Shown in pieces: positions 11,897-23,161 of a stretch of DNA of 64,000 bases (its first letter is position 1; each line of letters opens with the position of its first letter). Below the pieces are notes generated by a model. That model was given only the letters and a program-made list of their open reading frames with translations. It searched no databases and was not told the DNA's origin. Origin of the DNA: Escherichia coli (GTDB lineage: Bacteria > Pseudomonadota > Gammaproteobacteria > Enterobacterales > Enterobacteriaceae); assembly GCF_003334255.1 (NCBI RefSeq), contig NZ_QOWU01000016.1; one strand, given 5' to 3'. The translations under genes and the position numbers were made by a program.

Positions 11897-13588
11897 TTAG
11901 TTAGCCGCTGCCTCTTTTGCCTGCGGGATGTGACACCAGTTGTTGTTTTCGTTAATTCCACCATCCGGTGAAGTATAGCCAAGACAACCCATGATGGTAT
12001 CGTACAGCTCTACGTGACGGCGTGGCACTTTCATGTCGGCTTCTTTTTTCAGCTGCGCAAACGCCTGCGCATTGGCCGGATTTTCCAGATATTTATCTGA
12101 CATCCAGACCATCATCGGTACGCGGAACTGCTCCGGCGGTGCCAGTTCACGCGGCGTGCCGTGCAGGTGCTCGCGTTCATTAATTGACTCACCGTGGTCA
12201 GCTGCGTAGAACACAATCGCTTTCTTATCGCGAACCTGATCAATCACGCTGGAGATAAAGTGATCCACATAGGTCACCGAGTTGTCATAGGAGTTGATCA
12301 TCTGCGCTTTGGTACAGCCGCTATCAACACCAATACATTCCGGCTTCCACTGCGCGAAGCTACGCGGATAACGCTGGGTGTAGTTAAAATGCGAACCTTT
12401 GGTATGCAGAATGATCAGATGCTTACCATCCGGGTTGCGCCCTAGCGATTGCTGCATTTCGTCTACCAGCAACATATCATCTACCGGCTTGCCACGATTA
12501 CGTGGCTCCGCACCAATCTGCTCACGATAAGCAATGTTGTCCGCCATCGTGTTGCTGTAGAACCACATTTCGCTCTGCATAGCGTAGAGGTCAGAACTGA
12601 ATCCTAACTGCTTCAGAACCGCGAAAATGTTCTGTTCTTTTAATGTGCGCTGCGGATTATCTTCCGCGCCCCCCTGACGTACAAACATGCAACGCAGTGA
12701 GAGTTTGGTTGCGGTATCACAGGAGTAACCACGGAACGCCGCCAGATTTTTCTCCTGGGCCAGTTTCGGCGTGGTATTACGCTCATAGCCGAAAATACCC
12801 ATATGGTCCCAACGCGTGGTTTCACCGATGATAAACACGACATAAGTGTCATCAACGTTTTGCGGTGCCTGATAAGTGAATTTCTTCGCCGGATTAAGCA
12901 ATGAATTATTATCGGAAGATTCATCGACCCGCGCCCAGGCATACAGCCCCAACGCAGAAAGCCAGTTTGATGGCAGATAAGAGTTCGCTACGACACCGCC
13001 ATAACTCGGCAAATCAACGCCGGTCGCCCTCTCCACTTTCTTCTGCTGGATATCCAGCAAACGAATCGGTGCCCAAACCATAATACCCGCCAGTACGACG
13101 ACCGCCAGGCTGCGAATACGCTGCCCTGGGGTTCGCAGTTGTCGGAGCAAGGTGTAGCGACAGCGGTTATTCCAGATAAGGATAAGAGGCAATGCACTAA
13201 CGGCGATTAACCAGAGAATAAAGTTCAGACCAACAACTTCTTTTGACAGGTCGATATCGGTGGTCATGACGGAAGCGATGATGCCATAACCAATGACCAC
13301 ATTAAGGAAGGTCATGTAATAGCTGGCACCTGCGGAAAAGAGCACCACCAGCGATGCCAGAATACGCCAGCTGCGGCGGCCAAACAGCGAAAGAAGACGT
13401 AGTAAAAAGAAGGTCACCAGTACGGTGGCGGCCAGTTCAACAACAGCAGAAATGCCTTTCCAGACGGTAAAATCGTGCGCATAGCTGCCGAAGCGGCGGT
13501 AAAAAACCGCGCCATTCATAAAAAGGCCAATATAGATTGCAAGCAAAAAGCTCAGCTTCTGCTGTGTAATCGATTTGATGTATCTCAT
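11897..13588 (-). CDS. eptB: Kdo2-lipid A phosphoethanolamine transferase EptB (563 aa)
   Basis: ATG at 13586-13588 gives [23 protein letters not shown]...; N-terminal TM region plus sulfatase-like domain. Confidence 0.92.
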
Positions 13589-13804
13589 GCAAACAAACCC
13601 TGGACAAACAGGTGATAACACCCTGCTTAGTGGCTTTTCAGGCCCGGCAGGGAAAAAGTGCGGAGGTAGTCAGATAAGTAAAATCTACACGCGCGAATAA
13701 GTAGACCACAGCAAAGGGAAAAAGTGTGGGGAAAGAGTGTGCATGAAGCACAAATTTACAAAAATGCAAGTTTGAAAAGAGACTTTAGCGTTACAAAAAG
13801 CAGT

Positions 13805-13834
13805 AAAAAGGGCCAGTTAATTGGCCCAAATTTT
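13805..13834 (-). terminator. Intrinsic terminator downstream of yhjX (gggccaattaactggccc plus U-tract on minus strand)
   Basis: Perfect palindrome flanked by A-run/T-run, about 80 bp past the yhjX stop. Confidence 0.6.
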
Positions 13835-13911
13835 ACGAGTCATTGTTTATACATTTCGTTGATGCGTTTGATGCACACGGAAGCTGAAGCCCAGTAGCTC
13901 GCGGCTGAGCA

Positions 13912-15120
13912 TTAAAGGGAGCCATGCGCCTCACGCAACATTTTCTGCTCTGGCTGACGAATCGTCGTAGAAAGCGCCAATGACAGAATCAGCAGGGCGA
14001 AAATCACGTAGAAGGTCACATAGAAGCCGCCAAACAGTGAGGCGATAATCGAACCACAAATGCTACCGATACCGAAACCGAGATAAATCACACCGTAGTT
14101 TTTCGCCAGGTTATTGAGGCCAAAGAACTCACTGACCAGTGACGGAAAGACGGTAATAGTGCCGCCAAAGTTAAATGCCACGCAGGCAATCGCTGCAAAG
14201 AACGTCACTGCATTCAATGGTGCAAACAGCAGGGCCGCCATACCCACCAGCGATATCACCTGACCAATGGTAATAACACGGATACGGGCGATTTTGTCAG
14301 ACAGAATACCCAGCACCAGACGACCTGAAAGGTTGGCGATGGAAATAACAGTGACTGCATTGGCTGCGGAAACCACATCAAGGTGTGCCAGACTTTGGGC
14401 GATATCTTTCGCTACCCCAATCACGTACAGGCCGCTCATGCAGGCGGTCAGGAACATTACCGCTAACATCCAGTACTGCGGTTTACGCATCGACTCTGCC
14501 AGCGTGTAATCTTTCTCCACCACACCATTGCTGGTTTTCACTTCCTGTTTTGGTGCGTCTTTCATTAACGTTGCGCCGAAAACAATCATCAACAGCGCAA
14601 TCGCTCCCCAAATCACAAAGGTTTTTTCCAGACCGACCGTTTCCAGCAGCTGCGTGTCGATAAATTTGAAACCCAGGCTACCCAGACCATAAGAACCGAT
14701 AGCGAACGCGGAGATCAGACCTTTACGCTCCGGGAACCACTTCACACAGTTAGAGAGCGTCAGCAGATAACCCGCGCCATCTGCCAGTCCCACCAGCACA
14801 CCGGCGCTTAACCACAGCATCATCAGGTTGTCAGAATGCGCTGTCAGGAAGAAGCCTAATCCCAGCAAAATGCCGGAAGCCATGGTGACGCGTTTAACGC
14901 CAAAACGTTCCTGTAATTTGCCCGCAACAGAAGACGAAATTGCCAGCCCCAGACTTAACAAGCCGAAAGAGAAAGCGACCTGGCTTACCGGCGCATCCAG
15001 CTTGGCGGAAAGCGCGCCATTAAACAGGCTCCAGGTATAAACCGACCCCAGCGCAAACTGGGTAATGATAGTACCGATGAGTGTCAGCCAGCGGGTACGC
15101 TGATAATTTGAAGGTGTCAT
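13912..15120 (-). CDS. yhjX: Pyruvate-inducible MFS transporter YhjX (402 aa)
   Basis: ATG at 15118-15120 gives MTPSNYQRTRWLTLIGTIITQF...; 12-TM MFS-like hydropathy. Confidence 0.9.
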   Translation of the reverse strand: MTPSNYQRTRWLTLIGTIITQFALGSVYTWSLFNGALSAKLDAPVSQVAFSFGLLSLGLAISSSVAGKLQERFGVKRVTMASGILLGLGFFLTAHSDNLMMLWLSAGVLVGLADGAGYLLTLSNCVKWFPERKGLISAFAIGSYGLGSLGFKFIDTQLLETVGLEKTFVIWGAIALLMIVFGATLMKDAPKQEVKTSNGVVEKDYTLAESMRKPQYWMLAVMFLTACMSGLYVIGVAKDIAQSLAHLDVVSAANAVTVISIANLSGRLVLGILSDKIARIRVITIGQVISLVGMAALLFAPLNAVTFFAAIACVAFNFGGTITVFPSLVSEFFGLNNLAKNYGVIYLGFGIGSICGSIIASLFGGFYVTFYVIFALLILSLALSTTIRQPEQKMLREAHGSL

Positions 15121-15203
15121 GGCAGTATTCCTGCAGTAATAAAAAGGAAAAATCTCTGCCGACAACCATAACGAAGTGCACTTTATGCCTGGGGAAAAAC
15201 GGC

Positions 15204-15234
15204 ATGAAATGCCATCAGAACGGAATGAAATGCC
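15204..15234 (-). promoter_or_regulatory. Likely YpdB (LytTR response regulator) binding site in the yhjX promoter: two GGCATTTCAT direct repeats separated by 11 bp
   Basis: On the minus strand GGCATTTCAT-tccgttctgat-GGCATTTCAT, about 85-115 bp upstream of the yhjX start; matches the YpdB site architecture as recalled. Confidence 0.6.
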
Positions 15235-15348
15235 TTAGTTCAGGAATGAATGACGCGACAATTATTCACCAAATTTATTATTTGGTAAGTTAGCACCCAC
15301 TATTGCCACAACTATTGTTATTTAATGGTTTCAATTGTGACTGTTACG

Positions 15349-16047
15349 TTAAAATCTGGCGCTAACCCCCATCGTATACAGATAGTCGCTATTATTAGTG
15401 GTATTTTCTGCCTGAGTTAGCGCGGCATAGGCGGCAATATTTTGATTGAGCAACATATCAGCGCCTACGGTGACATCCAGCCAGTTGCCGTTCTGGTTTG
15501 TCGCCGTCATCCGGCTCAGGCCTGATTGCGCCTTCCAGATATTCTCGCCAAATTGCTGGTTATAGCTGATTTGCGCCCAGGGTCGGAGATCGCCAAGCCG
15601 GGAGTCAACACGCCAGCCTAAGGTACTCACGCTGGCATGCCATAACGGATCGGTCAGCGTGGTAGTACTGTCGCCAAACTCGTTATACATCGAGGTGGTT
15701 GTGCCATCGTAATGTAATGCCGCGACCGGGCCGGTTGTAACCTGTTCATATAAAGGAAAATTCCAGCCCATACTCATACTGCTGGTCACATCCACAGGGG
15801 TTTCTTCCGCCAGATTGACTTCCAGTCCCAGCGCCCTTTGGCTACTTTGAATACGTTGCGACAAAATATCGTTGTAATCAGGTTGATGATCACTATCCCA
15901 GGTGTAACGCTCTGTGGAAAGTCCGGGTTGCGTATCAACGATATATTCTTGTTGCCAGGCGTAAGCTGTGTTGAGAAAAAAGGCACTGATTACCACGCTC
16001 GCCAGCAGGCTTAGCTGCCAGCGACCACCGCTTTTTTTTATGATCAT
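15349..16047 (-). CDS. yhjY: Uncharacterised protein YhjY (232 aa), predicted outer-membrane beta-barrel / autotransporter-like
   Basis: ATG at 16045-16047; signal-peptide-like N-terminus; C-terminal aromatic residue (…MGVSARF). Confidence 0.8.
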   Translation of the reverse strand: MIIKKSGGRWQLSLLASVVISAFFLNTAYAWQQEYIVDTQPGLSTERYTWDSDHQPDYNDILSQRIQSSQRALGLEVNLAEETPVDVTSSMSMGWNFPLYEQVTTGPVAALHYDGTTTSMYNEFGDSTTTLTDPLWHASVSTLGWRVDSRLGDLRPWAQISYNQQFGENIWKAQSGLSRMTATNQNGNWLDVTVGADMLLNQNIAAYAALTQAENTTNNSDYLYTMGVSARF

Positions 16048-16204
16048 TAACACGACTCCAGGGAAGAGCCGAATTCGGCAATATTATTGTCATTGTATGA
16101 AGGATATCGGGCATAGTAGCCCTGTATTAAATATTGACTTTTTCACCGATGCGTCAAGAAAAGCGGCTGAAATTTTTACGATCGGGTACATAGCGAGGGA
16201 AAGT

Positions 16205-16768
16205 ATGGAACGTTGCGGCTGGGTGAGTCAGGACCCGCTTTATATTGCCTACCATGATAATGAGTGGGGCGTGCCTGAAACTGACAGTAAAAAACTGTTC
16301 GAAATGATCTGCCTTGAAGGGCAGCAGGCTGGATTATCGTGGATCACCGTCCTCAAAAAACGCGAAAACTATCGCGCCTGCTTTCATCAGTTCGATCCGG
16401 TGAAGGTCGCAGCAATGCAGGAAGAGGATGTCGAAAGACTGGTACAGGACGCCGGGATTATCCGCCATCGAGGGAAAATTCAGGCAATTATTGGTAATGC
16501 GCGGGCGTACCTGCAAATGGAACAGAACGGCGAACCGTTTGTCGACTTTGTCTGGTCGTTTGTAAATCATCAGCCACAGGTGACACAAGCCACAACGTTG
16601 AGCGAAATTCCCACATCTACGTCCGCCTCCGACGCCCTATCTAAGGCACTGAAAAAACGTGGTTTTAAGTTTGTCGGCACCACAATCTGTTACTCCTTTA
16701 TGCAGGCATGTGGGCTGGTGAATGATCATGTGGTTGGCTGCTGTTGCTATCCGGGAAATAAACCATGA
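16205..16768 (+). CDS. tag: 3-methyladenine DNA glycosylase I, Tag (187 aa)
   Basis: ATG at 16205 gives MERCGWVSQDPLYIAYHDNEWGVPE...; C-terminal Cys cluster; ATGA overlap with yiaC. Confidence 0.93.
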   Translation: MERCGWVSQDPLYIAYHDNEWGVPETDSKKLFEMICLEGQQAGLSWITVLKKRENYRACFHQFDPVKVAAMQEEDVERLVQDAGIIRHRGKIQAIIGNARAYLQMEQNGEPFVDFVWSFVNHQPQVTQATTLSEIPTSTSASDALSKALKKRGFKFVGTTICYSFMQACGLVNDHVVGCCCYPGNKP

Positions 16769-17205
16769 TTCGGGAAGCGCAACGTTCAGAACTCCCCGCG
16801 ATCCTCGAACTGTGGCTGGAAAGTACAACCTGGGGGCATCCCTTTATAAAAGCGAATTACTGGCGTGACTGCATTCCGCTGGTGCGGGATGCCTATCTTG
16901 CCAACGCGCAAAACTGGGTCTGGGAAGAAGACGGTAAGCTTCTCGGTTTTGTCAGCATTATGGAAGGCCGATTTCTGGCAGCGATGTTTGTCGCACCGAA
17001 GGCCGTCAGGCGCGGTATTGGTAAGGCGCTGATGCAGTATGTGCAGCAGCGCCATCCCCACCTGATGCTGGAGGTTTATCAAAAAAATCAACCGGCGATA
17101 AATTTTTACCAGGCACAGGGTTTTCACATTGTCGATTGCGCATGGCAGGATGAAACCCAACTACCCACATGGATTATGAGCTGGCCGGTGGTTCAAACGC
17201 TGTAA
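16765..17205 (+). CDS. yiaC: GNAT-family N-acetyltransferase YiaC (146 aa)
   Basis: 146-aa ORF with GNAT-like motif ([12 protein letters not shown]), translationally coupled to tag. Confidence 0.85.
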   Translation: MIREAQRSELPAILELWLESTTWGHPFIKANYWRDCIPLVRDAYLANAQNWVWEEDGKLLGFVSIMEGRFLAAMFVAPKAVRRGIGKALMQYVQQRHPHLMLEVYQKNQPAINFYQAQGFHIVDCAWQDETQLPTWIMSWPVVQTL

Positions 17206-19507
17206 GTGTCAGTTCCGGACCGTTGTATTTTTCCAGCCATGCCAGCGCCGTATTACCCGCACAGCCATTCCCCAGCCGCGAGCTGGGGAGATCTTTGGTC
17301 AGCACGTTCACTGCGCCGTTTTTACAAATACCGTCAGCGGTTAAATCCAGATCCGGCCATGCCCCTTCGTGAATGCAAATCACGCCAGGTTTAATTCCCT
17401 CGCTAATGACCGCTCCGGCAAGAATTTGCCCGCGTGCGTTCCACAACCGAACAGTATCGCCATCTTGTATGCCGCGCTCCTGGGCATCGTCAGGATGAAT
17501 GGTGACAGGCTCACGATTTGCCACCGCGTACAATTCGCGCAGAGAACTGTAATTCAGCTGGCTGTGCAGGCGGTGCGCCGGATGGGCAGAAAGTACCTGC
17601 AACTGTTCTGGTTCGGCATTGCCCTGCCATTCGTCCGGCTCCAGCCACATTGGATGCCCAGGGCAATCCGGGTAACCGTAATCGGCAATACGCTGTGAGA
17701 AGATTTCAATCTTGCCGCTGGCGGTTTTTAACGGATGCGCCAGCGGATCGCGGCAAAAATCAGCGAAGCGAATAAACCGCTCGCTGTCCGGGTTTTCCGG
17801 CATCTCAATTAACTGGTTGGCTTGCCAGAACTCAGCAAATGGCGGCAATTCAACCTGCTGGCTTGCCCCGCGCTGTCGGGCAACGTTATAAAACGTTTCC
17901 AGCCATTGCAGCTCACTTTTTCCTTCCGTAAAACGTGCATAACCGCCCTTCTCCCAGCGTTCACTTAACTCGGCAAAAACATCAAAATCATTACGCGCTT
18001 CATAGCGTGGCGGCACCACTTGCTTCATCGGCACCAGATGCTGATTACTGTAATCACCGGTCATGGTGAGATCATTACGCTCAAAAGAGGTAGTCGCAGG
18101 CAGAACGATATCCGCGTGTTTTGCCGCCGCCGTCCAGAAGCATTCAGAGATCACCACCAGCTCCGGTTTTTGCCAGGCACGGATCAGGCGATTGGTATCC
18201 TGATGATGAGTAAAGTTGGCACCGCCCGCCCACCAGATAAAACGAATATCCGGGAAATGTCGGTTCATACCGTTGTGTTGATATGCGCCACCAGGGTTTT
18301 CCAGTGCTTCAACAATGCGGGCAACAGGGATTTTATCCACCGCATCGCAGCCACCCGGCAAGCTGCCCTGCATGGAAGAGAGCACCGCAGAACGCCGCGT
18401 GGGGTTACCACCATTGGCAAAATGGTAAGAAAGACCAAAACCGCCGCCGGGTGTGCCGATTTGCCCCAACATTGCTGCCAGCGTGACGATCATCCAGTGT
18501 TTTTGCTCACCAAACTGTTGGCGCTGCATTCCCCAGCCTGCCATCAGCATGGTGGTATTTTGGTGGAAAATAGCCGCCAGCTCGCGGATTTTCGCTGCGC
18601 CAACACCACAAATCTCTGCTGCCCATTCGGCGGTTTTCGCTATTCCGTCACTCTCGCCCAGCAAATAAGAGGCGAAGACGGCATAACCTGTGGTGCAACG
18701 CGCCAGAAACGCTTCGTCGTGCCAACCATTTTCCACCAGCGTATGGGCGATCCCCAGCATCAGCGCAACATCGGTGCCCATGTGCGGTGCCACCCACTCC
18801 ATTTTATCGCCAAAGAAATCGACGGTTTCCGATCGCATTGGATCAATGCAGATCAGCTTTTTCCCGCTGTCACGCAGTGCAGAAAAGTAAGAAAGCCCCT
18901 GCTCATCGGATGCATTCCACGCAATTTTCAGCGTATTGAGTGGGTTAGCACTCCACAGCACCACGACATCGCTATGTTCCAGCACCAGCGGCCAACTGGT
19001 CTGCTGTTGATAAACTTCACTACCACCCACGACATACGGCATGATCGCCTGTGCCGCGCCGGTCGAATAATCCCCCAGATGCCCGGTATAACCGCCTGCC
19101 AGCGCCATATAGCGTTGTAATAATGTCGAGGCCTTATGCAGCACGCCGTTTGAACGCCAGCCGTAGGAACCAGCAAAAATCGATGCCGGACCATAAGCCT
19201 CACGAATGCGTTTATGTTGTTGGTGAATAAGATCCAGCGCCTCATCCCAACTCACGCGAACAAATTCATCCTGCCCACGAATGCCTTGCGGGTTTTCCGG
19301 TGACGCAAGAAAGCCTTTTCGCACCATTGGAAATCGTACCCGCGTATTGCTGTGAACCTGGTCGCGAACCGCGCTCTGCAAGGAGTTTTCCATTCCTGTG
19401 GCTAACGCGCCACGCGAGCTAAACACGGTTTCGCCGTCGGTTTCAACCAGCATGGGCCCCCAATGGGCGGCAGTCAGAACGGAATATCGTGAGGATGAGT
19501 TGGCCAA
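17174..19507 (-). CDS. bisC: Biotin sulfoxide reductase BisC (molybdopterin oxidoreductase, 777 aa); apparent TTG start
   Basis: 777-aa ORF typical of the DMSO-reductase family; first codon reads TTG with AGGAG 8 nt upstream. Confidence 0.9.
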
Positions 19508-19659
19508 ACCGAAGACTCCTGAAAGGTTAGATGTATTGAGCAGTTAAATATTACTTACAAATTTCCGAGTATTCCCAGGAATAATCTTCATGTTCACGCG
19601 GCATAATCTCCCGCCACGGAACCCGTGGCAAAGAATAAAAAGGTTATTAAGGATTAACA

Positions 19660-20319
19660 ATGAAGAAACGTGTTTATCTTATTGCCGCCGTAGTGAGTGG
19701 CGCTCTGGCGGTATCTGGCTGCACAACTAACCCTTACACCGGCGAACGCGAAGCAGGTAAATCTGCTATCGGCGCAGGTCTGGGCTCTCTCGTGGGCGCG
19801 GGTATTGGTGCGCTCTCTTCTTCGAAGAAAGATCGCGGTAAAGGCGCGCTGATTGGCGCAGCAGCAGGCGCAGCTCTGGGCGGCGGCGTTGGTTATTACA
19901 TGGATGTGCAGGAAGCGAAGCTGCGCGACAAAATGCGCGGCACTGGTGTTAGCGTAACCCGCAGCGGGGATAACATTATCCTCAATATGCCGAACAATGT
20001 GACCTTCGACAGCAGCAGCGCGACCCTGAAACCGGCGGGCGCTAACACCCTGACCGGCGTGGCAATGGTACTGAAAGAGTATCCGAAAACGGCGGTTAAC
20101 GTGATTGGTTATACCGACAGCACGGGTGGTCACGACCTGAACATGCGTCTCTCCCAGCAACGTGCGGATTCCGTTGCCAGCGCGTTGATCACCCAGGGCG
20201 TGGACGCCAGCCGCATCCGTACTCAGGGCCTTGGCCCGGCTAACCCAATCGCCAGCAACAGCACCGCAGAAGGTAAGGCGCAAAACCGCCGTGTAGAAAT
20301 TACCTTAAGCCCGCTGTAA
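19660..20319 (+). CDS. yiaD: OmpA-family lipoprotein YiaD (219 aa)
   Basis: Lipobox (…LAVSGC), Gly-rich segment, C-terminal OmpA-like peptidoglycan-binding domain. Confidence 0.9.
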   Translation: MKKRVYLIAAVVSGALAVSGCTTNPYTGEREAGKSAIGAGLGSLVGAGIGALSSSKKDRGKGALIGAAAGAALGGGVGYYMDVQEAKLRDKMRGTGVSVTRSGDNIILNMPNNVTFDSSSATLKPAGANTLTGVAMVLKEYPKTAVNVIGYTDSTGGHDLNMRLSQQRADSVASALITQGVDASRIRTQGLGPANPIASNSTAEGKAQNRRVEITLSPL

Positions 20320-20327
20320 TCCCTTTC

Positions 20328-20368
20328 ATGCCAGGTGATGCAGAAATCACCTGGCATTCTTCAGTTTT
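20328..20368 (+). terminator. Intrinsic terminator of yiaD (atgccaggtgat...atcacctggcat plus T-tract)
   Basis: 12-bp perfect inverted repeat followed by tcttcagtttt, directly after the yiaD stop. Confidence 0.6.
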
Positions 20369-20422
20369 CCTTCATCATATTTCAGGCTAAGGTGATCGCC
20401 TTATCAGTGAATGGAGAGAAGC

Positions 20423-21397
20423 ATGAAGCCGTCCGTTATCCTCTACAAAGCCTTACCTGATGATTTACTGCAACGCCTGCAAGAGCATTTCACCGTTCAC
20501 CAGGTGGCAAACCTCAGCCCACAAACCGTCGAACAAAATGCAGCAATTTTTGCCGAAGCTGAAGGTTTACTGGGTTCAAACGAGAATGTAAATGCCGCAT
20601 TGCTGGAAAAAATGCCGAAACTGCGTGCCACATCAACGATCTCCGTCGGCTATGACAATTTTGATGTCGATGCGCTTACCGCCCGAAAAATTCTGCTGAT
20701 GCACACGCCAACCGTATTAACAGAAACCGTCGCCGATACGCTGATGGCGCTGGTGTTGTCTACCGCTCGTCGGGTTGTGGAGGTAGCAGAACGGGTAAAA
20801 GCAGGCGAATGGACCGCGAGCATAGGCCCGGACTGGTACGGCACTGACGTTCACCATAAAACACTGGGCATTGTCGGGATGGGACGGATCGGCATGGCGC
20901 TGGCACAACGTGCGCACTTTGGCTTCAACATGCCCATCCTCTATAACGCGCGCCGCCACCATAAAGAAGCAGAAGAACGCTTCAACGCCCGCTACTGCGA
21001 TTTGGATACTCTGTTACAAGAGTCAGATTTCGTTTGCCTGATCCTGCCGTTAACTGATGAGACGCATCATCTGTTTGGTGCAGAACAATTCGCCAAAATG
21101 AAATCCTCCGCCATTTTCATTAATGCCGGACGTGGCCCGGTGGTTGACGAAAATGCACTGATCGCAGCATTGCAGAAAGGCGAAATTCACGCTGCCGGGC
21201 TGGATGTCTTCGAACAAGAGCCACTGTCCGTAGATTCGCCGTTGCTCTCAATGGCCAACGTCGTCGCAGTACCGCATATTGGATCTGCCACCCATGAGAC
21301 GCGTTATGGCATGGCCGCCTGTGCCGTGGATAATTTGATTGATGCGTTACAAGGAAAGGTTGAGAAGAACTGTGTGAATCCGCACGTCGCGGACTAA
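20423..21397 (+). CDS. ghrB: Glyoxylate/hydroxypyruvate reductase B (2-ketoaldonate reductase), 324 aa
   Basis: ATG at 20423 gives [14 protein letters not shown]...; D-isomer 2-hydroxyacid dehydrogenase NAD-binding motif GIVGMGRIG. Confidence 0.92.
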   Translation: MKPSVILYKALPDDLLQRLQEHFTVHQVANLSPQTVEQNAAIFAEAEGLLGSNENVNAALLEKMPKLRATSTISVGYDNFDVDALTARKILLMHTPTVLTETVADTLMALVLSTARRVVEVAERVKAGEWTASIGPDWYGTDVHHKTLGIVGMGRIGMALAQRAHFGFNMPILYNARRHHKEAEERFNARYCDLDTLLQESDFVCLILPLTDETHHLFGAEQFAKMKSSAIFINAGRGPVVDENALIAALQKGEIHAAGLDVFEQEPLSVDSPLLSMANVVAVPHIGSATHETRYGMAACAVDNLIDALQGKVEKNCVNPHVAD

Positions 21398-21415
21398 GCC
21401 GCGACTGCGTAGAGT

Positions 21416-21444
21416 AAAGCCCGATAATCGCTCGGGCTTTTACT
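21416..21444. terminator. Bidirectional-looking hairpin between convergent ghrB and yiaF (gcccga-taatcgc-tcgggc plus tttt)
   Basis: Inverted repeat with flanking A/T runs read in sequence. Confidence 0.45.
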
Positions 21445-21446
21445 CT

Positions 21447-22157
21447 TTATTGGGTTGCAGTAACTGCTGTAGTCCAGGCCTGATTAAACGCCTGATGCTG
21501 TGCCGGTAATGGCGCAATCAGTTTGTTATATTCACTTGCCTGCTGTGAAGTCGGGAACTGGATGCCATTTGCGACAAAGCTCACCTGAGTACCTTGCTGA
21601 GCAATGTAGTCTCCAACCATCACCAGTTGTTGCGTGAAAGTTTGTGCCGCCGGAATCAACGGTTGCAATGCATCAGCTGGCGTCGTTACCACTTTGGTGA
21701 ATGCCTGATCAAAGACCGGTTTCAAATCATCGCTCTGTTTTAGCGCAGAGTGCGCAGCATCGGCCTGCAACTTCGCATTTTGCAGTTGTTGCGCCAGCAC
21801 ACCCAGCGAACCGTTCATTTCACGCAGCGGACCGCTTTGCGTAACGTAATCCTGCGGTACGCGAATTGCGTTAACGCTGTCTACAACCGGGCGCAGACCG
21901 GAATCCATCGCCTGATTCACCTGCTGAGAATAACCATACAGAATCGCGTAATCAGAGACAAAAGGACCAAACTGTTTTTTCTGATCGGCAGTCAGGGTTG
22001 GTAGACGTTCACCGCTACGCATCACTGTATTCTGCAGGAAGTCGATAAACGCTTTACGCTGATCGCCTTCTTTATCAAAACACCCACTCAGGCTAACTAC
22101 CATTAATAACGCCGCAAGAGGCGCAAACCAGCGAGAGCAGGACTTTCCTGTCGCCAT
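21447..22157 (-). CDS. yiaF: Uncharacterised lipoprotein YiaF (DUF3053), 236 aa
   Basis: ATG at 22155-22157 gives MATGKSCSRWFAPLAALLMVVSLSGC (lipobox). Confidence 0.85.
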   Translation of the reverse strand: MATGKSCSRWFAPLAALLMVVSLSGCFDKEGDQRKAFIDFLQNTVMRSGERLPTLTADQKKQFGPFVSDYAILYGYSQQVNQAMDSGLRPVVDSVNAIRVPQDYVTQSGPLREMNGSLGVLAQQLQNAKLQADAAHSALKQSDDLKPVFDQAFTKVVTTPADALQPLIPAAQTFTQQLVMVGDYIAQQGTQVSFVANGIQFPTSQQASEYNKLIAPLPAQHQAFNQAWTTAVTATQ

Positions 22158-22590
22158 TTTCTTACTCCTTTCACCCAAAAAAAGCGCACAACGACACACG
22201 CGTGTCTGACGTGACAAGGATAGTCCAGGACAGGCTTGCAGGATACCCTTTCTACGTAATCTTCCTGGTAAAATCATGGAGAAAATGAAACAAGGTTAAT
22301 TTGTTGTTTCATTGTTAAAAAATGATAGTGCCGTTGCCTTTTTTGTAGCCAGAGATTTACGCCTTCGCAGAAGGTTAGATTTTCGAAATCTTTACAAAAC
22401 AGGAGTGGTAAGAGATATATCGGCATTTATCAGATCGTTAGGTGGCTATAAGTCACGCTAAATGACAGGCTGAATCGAATCATAGCCAGAGCATGCCCTG
22501 ACTTCACCCCGCTGTGTCTGCTTTTCCCGACTATTCTTAATGAGCTTCGATGCAATTCACGATCCCGCAGTGTGATTTGAGGAGTTTTCA

Positions 22591-22881
22591 ATGGAATATA
22601 AAGATCCAATGCATGAGCTGTTGAGCAGCCTGGAACAGATTGTTTTTAAAGATGAAACGCAGAAAATTACCCTGACGCACAGAACAACGTCCTGTACCGA
22701 AATTGAGCAGTTACGAAAAGGGACAGGATTAAAAATCGATGATTTCGCCCGGGTTTTGGGCGTATCAGTCGCCATGGTAAAGGAATGGGAATCCAGACGC
22801 GTGAAGCCTTCAAGTGCCGAACTAAAATTGATGCGTTTGATTCAAGCCAACCCGGCATTAAGTAAGCAGTTGATGGAATAG
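22591..22881 (+). CDS. yiaG: XRE-family helix-turn-helix transcriptional regulator YiaG (96 aa)
   Basis: 96-aa ORF with HTH segment (IDDFARVLGVSVAMVKEWESRRVKPS). Confidence 0.85.
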   Translation: MEYKDPMHELLSSLEQIVFKDETQKITLTHRTTSCTEIEQLRKGTGLKIDDFARVLGVSVAMVKEWESRRVKPSSAELKLMRLIQANPALSKQLME

Positions 22882-22965
22882 ACTTTTATCCACTTTATTG
22901 CTGTTTACGGTCCTGATGACAGGACCGTTTTCCAACCGATTAATCATAAATATGAAAAATAATTG

Positions 22966-22994
22966 TTGCATCACCCGCCAATGCGTGGCTTAAT
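22966..22994 (+). promoter_or_regulatory. cspA promoter (-35 TTGCAT, 17-bp spacer, -10 CTTAAT)
   Basis: Hexamers read in sequence at the right distance from the recalled cspA 5' UTR start (acggtttgacgt... near 23003). Confidence 0.5.
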
Positions 22995-23002
22995 GCACAT
23001 CA

Positions 23003-23161
23003 ACGGTTTGACGTACAGACCATTAAAGCAGTGTAGTAAGGCAAGTCCCTTCAAGAGTTATCGTTGATACCCCTCGTAGTGCACATTCCTTTAACGCTTC
23101 AAAATCTGTAAAGCACGCCATATCGCCGAAAGGCACACTTAATTATTAAAGGTAATACACT
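23003..23161 (+). promoter_or_regulatory. cspA long 5' UTR (about 159 nt; cold box and RNA thermosensor region)
   Basis: Sequence upstream of cspA ATG matches the recalled cspA leader; function is established knowledge. Confidence 0.7.

Noticed and set aside
18020-19120. 366-codon + strand ORF inside bisC
   Set aside because: Antisense to a well-supported 777-aa molybdoenzyme gene; low-complexity Arg/His-rich translation; no start context.
19654-20283. 209-codon minus-strand ORF covering yiaD
   Set aside because: Mirror of the yiaD frame (Gly/Ala-rich region gives an open antisense frame); yiaD has a clear lipoprotein signal and terminator, the antisense ORF has neither.
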